Assembly (NCBI GenBank): GCA_964016885.1
Contig: OZ024747.1
Location: 14,322,001 to 14,386,000, forward strand
DNA: 64,000 bases
Reading direction: 5' to 3'
Source: Eledone cirrhosa
Taxonomy: Eukaryota
Each line of letters opens with the position of its first letter. The stretch's first letter is position 1. Below, piece after piece: positions 55,859 through 64,000 of the stretch. Made by a program: the position numbers and the translations under genes. Under the pieces are notes generated by a model. The model saw nothing but the letters and a program-made list of their open reading frames with translations, searched no databases and was not told the origin of the DNA.

Positions 55859-57330
55859 AACAAAAAATAAATGGAAACATACCTTCAACAAAAACAAAAA
55901 GTAAACAAAATATTAGTTTACGGCCCCAGCTGGGCTGCGGTCTACTGAGTGAAAGCAGTAAAAAAGTAAACGAATAAGCTGGGCTGAACAAAATACCGGT
56001 AACAACAACAACAACACTCCAAATATATGAAGTGTCTCATCAGAAATTATCCGGCGTGCACGTGCAGCGTTTGTACTGCTGTGTTCAGCACTAACTAACG
56101 CATGCCTTAATAGCAGTTGCAATAACAAAAACAATGTTTCTCTGCTGAATATAACTATACAGTATTCGTAGCTTAATGCTCTTAAAATGGTGAGGTCAGA
56201 GACATCCGACATAAAATAATTATAAGATGTCTTGTCTCACTACTTTCCGCCGTAATGATCATCGACGTTGAATGTATTTAAACTAAGGATTATTAAAGAT
56301 GCCGTATCGTCTTAAAGGTTTTAGGGAAGCAGTATTTGGAGAATTGTAGTGTAGAAAGAACAAGTATCATTTCAAAGGCTTCTCAATTGTAAAATCCTAT
56401 TACAGAAGTTTATAGCTTGATTATTCAAAATCTTACAATAAAATATAAAAGAATACAGAAATACAACAATCCATTCCATTCCCATGACTTCTTTTTAAAT
56501 TACCGTACTTCCCATAATGACAAAAGAAAGCCTCGAGTTATAACTTTAAAAAAATCTTACTCAGGGCCCTTAATAACTAAGCTAAAGGTCATAACATTAG
56601 GATACTAGCATTGTGTCCTCGAGCACTCACATCAGTGCAGTGAAGCCTACATTTAGATTGATATGTTCCTGAGAGTTGTAAGATTATTTTGACCTGTTAT
56701 ATTGTTGATTTTTTTTCTTCTTTCTTAATTTTTTAAAAATCTTTGTTTTATATATATATATATTTCTGTTTTGCTTTCATCACGCATTCATTTATTTTTT
56801 CTCTTTTAAATGGAGTCGACTATATATTGAAGTTTTTTTTTTTTTTTTGGTCTCTCTTTCGGTCTCTCTTTCCACCCTTGAAATAAATTCGTTAAAAACG
56901 TGATATTTCCAAATCATACTGAAAAGAAAAAGAAAACAAGTTATTTCTTTTGAGATTGGCACAAAAGACTTATGTATTTCAGTGAAGGGAACATGGAATG
57001 CTGTGAGGTTTATGCCTTTAGTGTCGTAAGCGAAGTGTAATAACTCTAACAGAAAAACAATTTCCGCTTGTTGAGAAATTAAATCTTGTTATGAAATACT
57101 AAATAGTGTTAATAATAAAGTGATTGATTTTGTTAGGTGTGTCTGTGTGTGCGTGCATATTTTTTTCCGAATAAATATGAGCATAATGTACGCTATCGGT
57201 TTATAACTATAAAATACAAGGTTTTTGAAGAAAATATTTATCTATATCCGTCGTTTTTTAAAGAATATGTAACAAGCGGGAATACTTTATTATATAAACT
57301 ATTTAAATACATATATTTCATAATTTAATA

Positions 57331-57572
57331 ATAATTATATTTATATATAAGAATATATATAATAAGGGTAATATTATATATTACCCAATTACCAGTAAAT
57401 ATGTAGCGCAATTTAAAATATCAAGTATAATACAGAGCAGAAATACAACATAAATTACAATCAAATGGTGTTTAAAACATTTAATTGATTACGATAGCTT
57501 ATGTCTGGATGAAACGATCGTAAGTTATTAAATGTTTCAAACACCATTTGATTGTAATTTATGTTGTATTTC
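57331..57572. mobile_element. PLE-like foldback unit with hammerhead stem III at the apex
   Basis: Arms 57440-57495 and 57517-57572. GAAACGATCGTA at 57511-57522. 17-bp direct repeat TATTTCATAATTTAATA at 57314 and 57567. Confidence 0.65.
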
Positions 57573-57628
57573 ATAATTTAATATTTTTTAAAAATAAGTC
57601 TAATTTAGAAGAAAATGTAGGAACCTCA

Positions 57629-57855
57629 GATGCAGAAATTAACAGCAATTACAGTTTACAGTTTATAGCTTATAGCAATTACAGTTTATAGCTTATAAAA
57701 TCGTATAAAAAACCCTAGAGACGGAAACATTTTGACAGGGGCTGCTACGAAATATCAAACTTTGCCTTCGTAGTATCGCAGGCAACATTTTTCTGTCTCG
57801 ATTTTTCATAAGCTATTCTATAACAACTGATGTAATTGCTGTTATTTTCTGCGTC
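57629..57855. mobile_element. Imperfect palindromic MITE-like element
   Basis: GATGCAGAAATTAACAGCAATTACA and TGTAATTGCTGTTATTTTCTGCGTC ends, inner CTACGAA / TTCGTAG. Confidence 0.6.
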
Positions 57856-58149
57856 CTAGATGCTTATATCTCATGAATTTATCTCCTCGGTGTTTAGTAA
57901 GTTAAAAAATTTGAACGAGCTTCACACACGAAGTCTACTTTAGTTTCTTAAATATTATTTATCTGGGAGAACGAATCATAGAAATGCATCTAAATTTCTC
58001 TCTGACATGCTTCTTCCGTTGAGGAACCCCATAATTATATTGTATTTTTAAAACTACATTTAGCTTTTTATTGTACAAAGTATTAAATACGCGCACGGTC
58101 ATTTAACATGTGATGTGATATATCATTCAATACATTAAACATATTTAGT

Positions 58150-58335
58150 AAGGCCAACAATTTTGGGAGAGGGAAAAGTGAATAAAATTGACCCCAGTGC
58201 GTTACTGGTACATTATTTTATCGACCCCGAAAAGATGTAAGGCAAAGTTAAACTCAACAGGATTTGAATTGAGATAATAAAGGGCTGTAACTCTATGCCA
58301 TAAAGCATGTTGTTCAACATTCCATAACTTTGACA
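58150..58335 (-). mobile_element. Diverged SINE
   Basis: Family core TTTTATCGACCCCGAAAAGATG.AAGGCAAAGT. Confidence 0.75.
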
Positions 58336-58677
58336 GTAATATAGACATAGAATATACTTATTATTCAAAATCAATCTCCAATTTTGTGGTTTAATAACCT
58401 AGTTGAAAAACAATATATATATATAACTTAAAATGCAGTGGGAATACGAAGGAAGCAAGAACAGGGGTGTGGGGGTTGGGGGTGAGTTTTCCTCATCAAT
58501 TGTGTACTGGGGTATCGGATATTTTTACGCTTTAAAGACAATATATCTCACCCCAGGGCGTCAATAACTGGATAAGTTATTGGGAAAACGGAGGAGGGAG
58601 GGAAGGAAAGCAAAAAGGAAGAAGAGAGAAAACAATAAAAAAACACCGAAAAAAAAATATATGCATGTATATATAAG

Positions 58678-58872
58678 TTTATCCCGGGTTCAATCAGGGG
58701 TAACCACAGTAAGTAAGGTACTCAATACATAGCAGAGTATAAATATTTAATATAGAAATGGCTTCTACAGGACTAGAAATGTTTCATTCGGAAGAAATCG
58801 TCAGGAAGTCCTGACGATTTCTCCCGAATGAAACAGTTCTAGTCTTGTAGAAGCCATTTCTATATTAAATAT
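58678..58872. mobile_element. PLE-like foldback unit with back-to-back hammerhead cores at the apex
   Basis: Arms ~58743-58805 and 58810-58872. TCGTCAG at 58798-58804, CTGACGA at 58811-58817, GAAAC..GTC at 58830-58844. Followed by (TA)n. Confidence 0.75.
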
Positions 58873-58921
58873 ATATATATATATATATATAGTATTTATA
58901 TATATATATATATATATATAG

Positions 58922-58982
<61 letters not shown>

Positions 58983-59179
58983 GTATTTATATATATATAT
59001 TATTTATATATATATTTATATATATATATATAGTATTTATATATATATATATATTATTTATATATATATATATATATTATTTATATATATATATATATAT
59101 TATTTATATATATATATATTATTTATATATATATATATATATTATTTATATATATATATATATATATATATTATTTATA

Positions 59180-59390
<211 letters not shown>

Positions 59391-59919
59391 ATATATAGCA
59401 CGTTATGATATAATTCATGGAAAGTTGCAGAATCCTTATAGCCGATGGTGTTGTTCTCACCTGAAGAAATAGCTATTCACCGAATACTATATATTCCATT
59501 TAAGATTCTGTTCCGTTTATTTCTAAATATGAATAGTTTGTATTTACTATCAGCTTTTATTTAAATGGTAATTGCTGCAAAAAAAAACAGTTAAACATCG
59601 CTCTTTCACACGAGAAATATTTTCGAAACAATTCAATGTGAAAAGTGTTAAGGAAGCCTTTCTAATACAGATACATAAACACACACACACACATACACAC
59701 ACATACACACACATACACACACGAGTCGACACTCGTACAAGTACACATGCACGTACTCATGCAAATACACATAAACGCATATAGACATAGACATAGAATC
59801 ACCGATACGAGCACATGCTCACACATAAGCACGAACATATACACAAATATATTTTACACACACATAAATGCATACCATCATACTGCGCACAATTTCAATG
59901 AAGGATATAAGAGGAAGAA

Positions 59920-60142
59920 TCGACCCCAGTACAGGACAGGTATTTTTTTATCGACCTTATATATATTGGTTCATCCAGTATGAAATTTGTAGAAATTTGT
60001 TTTTTTTTCATAATTCTCTACAAATTTCATACCTGACAGCCCAATAAATGGAAAGTAAAGTTGACAGCGTCAGTTTTTGAACTCAGAACGTAGAGTGCAG
60101 GAAAGTATATCCGACACCTTAGCGCCTCTGCTAATTTACCGC
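59920..60142 (-). mobile_element. Diverged SINE interrupted by a hairpin MITE (59964-60046)
   Basis: SINE core split by a copy of the 17225 element. Confidence 0.7.
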
Positions 60143-60305
60143 TGCACACAAACAACAATTTATCAAGAATGAAAGTAATGTTATTTATATTTATCGATAT
60201 ATGCTTTGAACTAATAAAATAGTTCAACATCATTCTAGAAAAGTTCATTTTAATTCAAAGAGTGAACCGATGCGGTCGATTCACACTCACACACACACAC
60301 ACACA

Positions 60306-60356
<51 letters not shown>

Positions 60357-61589
60357 ATTTCCACGCACACACACCCACTTACACACACATGTCCACATGC
60401 GCACTCACATACACATGTACACACACACACACACACACACACATGTCCACATACACACGCATGTCCACATACACACACATACACACACATGTCCCCACAT
60501 ACACATACATGTGCACACACACATCTACGCACATACACATCTACGCACATACACAAATACACGCTCAAACACATGCATGCGAAGTGAAAGGTGTGCACAC
60601 ATGCACTCTGCAACCTTATACTGACAACGGAGCTGTCAAATTTTACAAAACGCTATACAAGTTCAGCTTTTAATAAATCCTAATTCTTGTTCATCAAAAT
60701 ACGTTTTGACACTAGCTATATGACCTGATGCAAACTTGCTCAATTAATTAGACATACTAAGGAGAGTAAGAATACATTGACAAATATATACATCGTTATG
60801 TGCTAGCATATGTAAACTAGACTCGTAATGCAGACACACACAAGAAATAATATATACACATATATGTATGTAATTTATACACAAGAGATTTTCTGACATA
60901 ACTTGTTAATTAATGAAAAATAGAGTACGCATAACTTCTCTCTCTCTTTCTCACTCACTCACACACTCTCTCTCTCTCTCTCACTCTCTCTCTTTGTCTG
61001 TCTGTCTTTCTCTCTCCCTCTTTCTTTCTCTATCTTTCTCTGTGTCTCTCTCTCTCGCTCTCTCCTCCTCTCCTTTTCTTTCTCACACACATACGCACCT
61101 ACACACACATATACACAGACACGCACACACACACACACACACGCACACATATATATTTACAAATACATATGTATATGAGCTTCATATTTTGTGTGTTAAT
61201 ATATATGTATATATATTATATATTGTTATTTATCACAGCTGCATTGATTCATTGTTAAATGTTATCCTACTGACTGAATATACAATCCTCTTTGGGAAAG
61301 GGGCAAGCCTTAGTAGCTAGAGTGTTCAGCATGGGATCGTAATATCGTGAGTTCGATTCCTGGTGGGGAACTTTATTTCACTTTACTCCAGTTCACTCAT
61401 CCGTCAAAAATAAGTTGTGTCTCGTCACATATTGCATGATGCTGAATATTTTGAGAACTACATTAAGGTTACAAGTATCTCTCGAATGTTCGGTTACATC
61501 ACGTTACTTTAGCAAGCCTTGTGATTCCAATTTGCTATATATATAAAATAACAGGAGGCTGCACTGGTGTAATTCCTTAAAGGTTTATT

Positions 61590-61632
61590 ATACTATCATC
61601 ATTTCAATGAATCCGGTGACATCATCAGGTAT
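61590..61632 (-). ncRNA. Degenerate hammerhead motif in a PLE-like tail
   Basis: AUAC-CUGAUGA-UGUCACCGGAUUCAUU-GAA-AUGAUGAU-A-GUAU. Stems II and III are weak. Confidence 0.5.
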
Positions 61633-61914
61633 TCGAAATTTAATAAAGGAATATAATAGACACAATCCAAGGGGCTGAAAAAGCAGAGAGACGAGAAGGT
61701 GGCCAAAAAATTAGCAGTTGCCAGTCCGGTTGGCCGCCAACAAACCTAAATATGTATATGCGTTGTTATTTTATTTTGTATTCCAAACTATATATATATA
61801 GTTTGGAATACAACAAAAAACAGACAACGCAGGAGTACATGTTACAAATATTATTAGTTTCACGCTTAGTGAGAGTGGGGTGTGTGGGTGTGAAGGTCCA
61901 TGGCTCTGTTTGTG

Positions 61915-62062
61915 AAAGCGTATGGCTTAGTGGTTAGAGCATTGGGCTTGCAATCGAAAGGTTGTGAGTTCAATTCTTGGACCGGTTGTTGTGTTGTTGT
62001 GTTGATTCCTTGAGCAAGACACTTTATTGAACCTTGTTCCAGTTTACTCAGCTGTAGAAATG
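61915..62062 (+). mobile_element. Second tRNA-derived SINE family (CORE-like); related decayed copy at ~61300-61420
   Basis: A-box TGGCTTAGTGG, B-box GAGTTCAATTC, then CCTTGAGCAAGACACTTT..CCAGTTTACTCAGCTG. Confidence 0.75.
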
Positions 62063-62166
62063 TAATGATAGGACTGGGGTCTCTATCATTAAAATCACCC
62101 AAGACACCTCCAACAAGACATTCCTTGGAGGAGGCCAGCTAAACCTGCATAGGTGTCACACGCACA

Positions 62167-62267
<101 letters not shown>

Positions 62268-62596
62268 TTTGTGTTTATACCATGTAAATTAGAGGTTCAA
62301 CAAATAAGATATCGATAAAATAAGTACCAGACTTGAACAAATAGAAACGGGGTCGACGTGAATGACTAAATTCAAGTCAATGCCCAGAACGATTGAATTC
62401 TTTAGACTGAAACAAGAAGAATTAAATACAATATGCAGCTAAACGACAATAACCCATTAAGACTAATAACTAAAATGTCTAGGACCCGAACACAACAGAT
62501 TTCAATGATCCGTGCACTTAAATCAACAGAGTGTACGAACCATCGACCTTTGGACTAATAGTCCGCTTATACAATACCACACAGTCATCTTCTTCA

Positions 62597-62658
<62 letters not shown>

Positions 62659-63329
62659 CCTCTCCCTCTCTCTCTCTCACTCTCCCTCACTCTCTCCATC
62701 ACTCTCTCTCTCTCTCTCTCTTACTCCCTCTCTTCTTTTCTCCATCTCACTCTTTTTTCACCCTCTCTATCTGTTTCCAATATGTGAATGGAAATTAATA
62801 AAATAAAATAAAATAAAACATACTATAAAAAAAAATATTATTTTGAACTGAAACCAAAAAAAAACCAAAAAAAAAACCCAACAAACAAACAAACAAAAAA
62901 CAACCAACAAAAACAAAACAAAGAGGACAAAAAAAAATAAAGAAAGAAGATGGAAGACATTTTCGTTTGTATGAAAATCTAAAAATAAATTAATGAAAAT
63001 GTCTGAATAAGAAATAAAAGGAATTTGATTTTTAGATTGTATTGTGCTTTTATTGTCTTTCTTCTTGCTTTGTTAACCTTCCGGTAATTAAGTTTCCTAT
63101 TCAGTCTCTTTGTGACTTGTAATAAATCCTCTTTTCTTCGTCTCTTCTCTATTTAGATTTCACTTCGATTTTCATTACATTTCCTATCCTCTTCAACCTC
63201 CTTTCTGCACACTCGGCTTTCACTCTTCACCTTCGTCCTCATCATTGTTGTCGTCAGCCTCTTCCTCCTCCTCTTCTTCCGGCTCTCTCTTTCTCTCTGT
63301 CTCTTTCTCTTTCTTTCTCTCTTTTTCTT

Positions 63330-63370
<41 letters not shown>

Positions 63371-63427
63371 TTGTTTCTTTTTAATCTCTCTTGGTTGTGA
63401 GAGGAACGGGTTGAGTGATCGAGAGAG

Positions 63428-63468
<41 letters not shown>

Positions 63469-63534
63469 GCGACATGAAACCAAGCACATATGTACACATA
63501 TGCTATCAGCATGCGTGCGAGAAAGAGAGAGAAG

Positions 63535-63572
<38 letters not shown>

Positions 63573-64000
63573 GAAGAGAGAAGAGATAGAGATAGATAAA
63601 TAGAGAAGGAGAGAGAGAGAGAGAAAGAATGAAAGAGAGAGAGGATGTCAGGCAGACGGGCGGACAGAGTAGAGTGTGAGATGGTGAAAGACGGACTGGA
63701 AGACATATTGGATTTGTAAGAAGAGTGATGTATAGAAAAAGAAAGGAATGGTGGAGAGTTGGAGATGAATGGAGAAATAGAGAGAAAGAATGAGAGAGAA
63801 GTTGAGAGAGGGAGGGAGGTTCGGAGAGACGGAGGTTGAGAGAGGGGGGAGAGCTTGGGAGAGTGAGAGAGGTTTAGAGACAGGAAGGTTGAGAGAGAGG
63901 GAGGTAGGGAGAGAGAGAGGGAGATTGAGAGAGAGTGGAGGTTGGGAGAGAGATGTTAAGAGAGAGGGAGGTTGAGAGAGAGGGAGGTTGAGAGAGAGTG

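Noticed and set aside
61915-61990. tRNA gene
   Set aside because: A and B boxes are present, but the acceptor stem does not pair and the sequence continues into a SINE body.

Overview
AT-rich, microsatellite-saturated eukaryotic DNA. The repeat repertoire suggests a cephalopod such as Octopus; this is inference. No host protein-coding exon, rRNA or true tRNA could be supported, so the window reads as intronic or intergenic, and nearly all ORFs in the track are microsatellite artefacts. Recognisable content: (1) an apparently intact Tx1/L1-clade LINE at 1-5100 (ORF1 with CCHC knuckle, 1153-codon APE-RT-zinc finger ORF2), plus three decayed relatives; (2) Penelope-like (PLE) remnants, including a Naiad-like RT/GIY-YIG copy with an inverted pseudo-LTR; (3) RTE, R4/Dong and CR1-like fragments, two mariner relics, and hAT, piggyBac and Tc1-like MITEs; (4) more than ten copies of a tRNA-derived SINE; (5) 24-, 21- and 88-bp minisatellites. 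The most striking signal is about a dozen type I hammerhead ribozyme motifs, some intact and some broken, in short PLE-derived units lodged in (TA)n tracts. Many of these units fold back on themselves with the inversion point in or next to the ribozyme core. Different retroelement clades also appear to occupy different microsatellites (TATC, ATT/TAA, CATA, TA).
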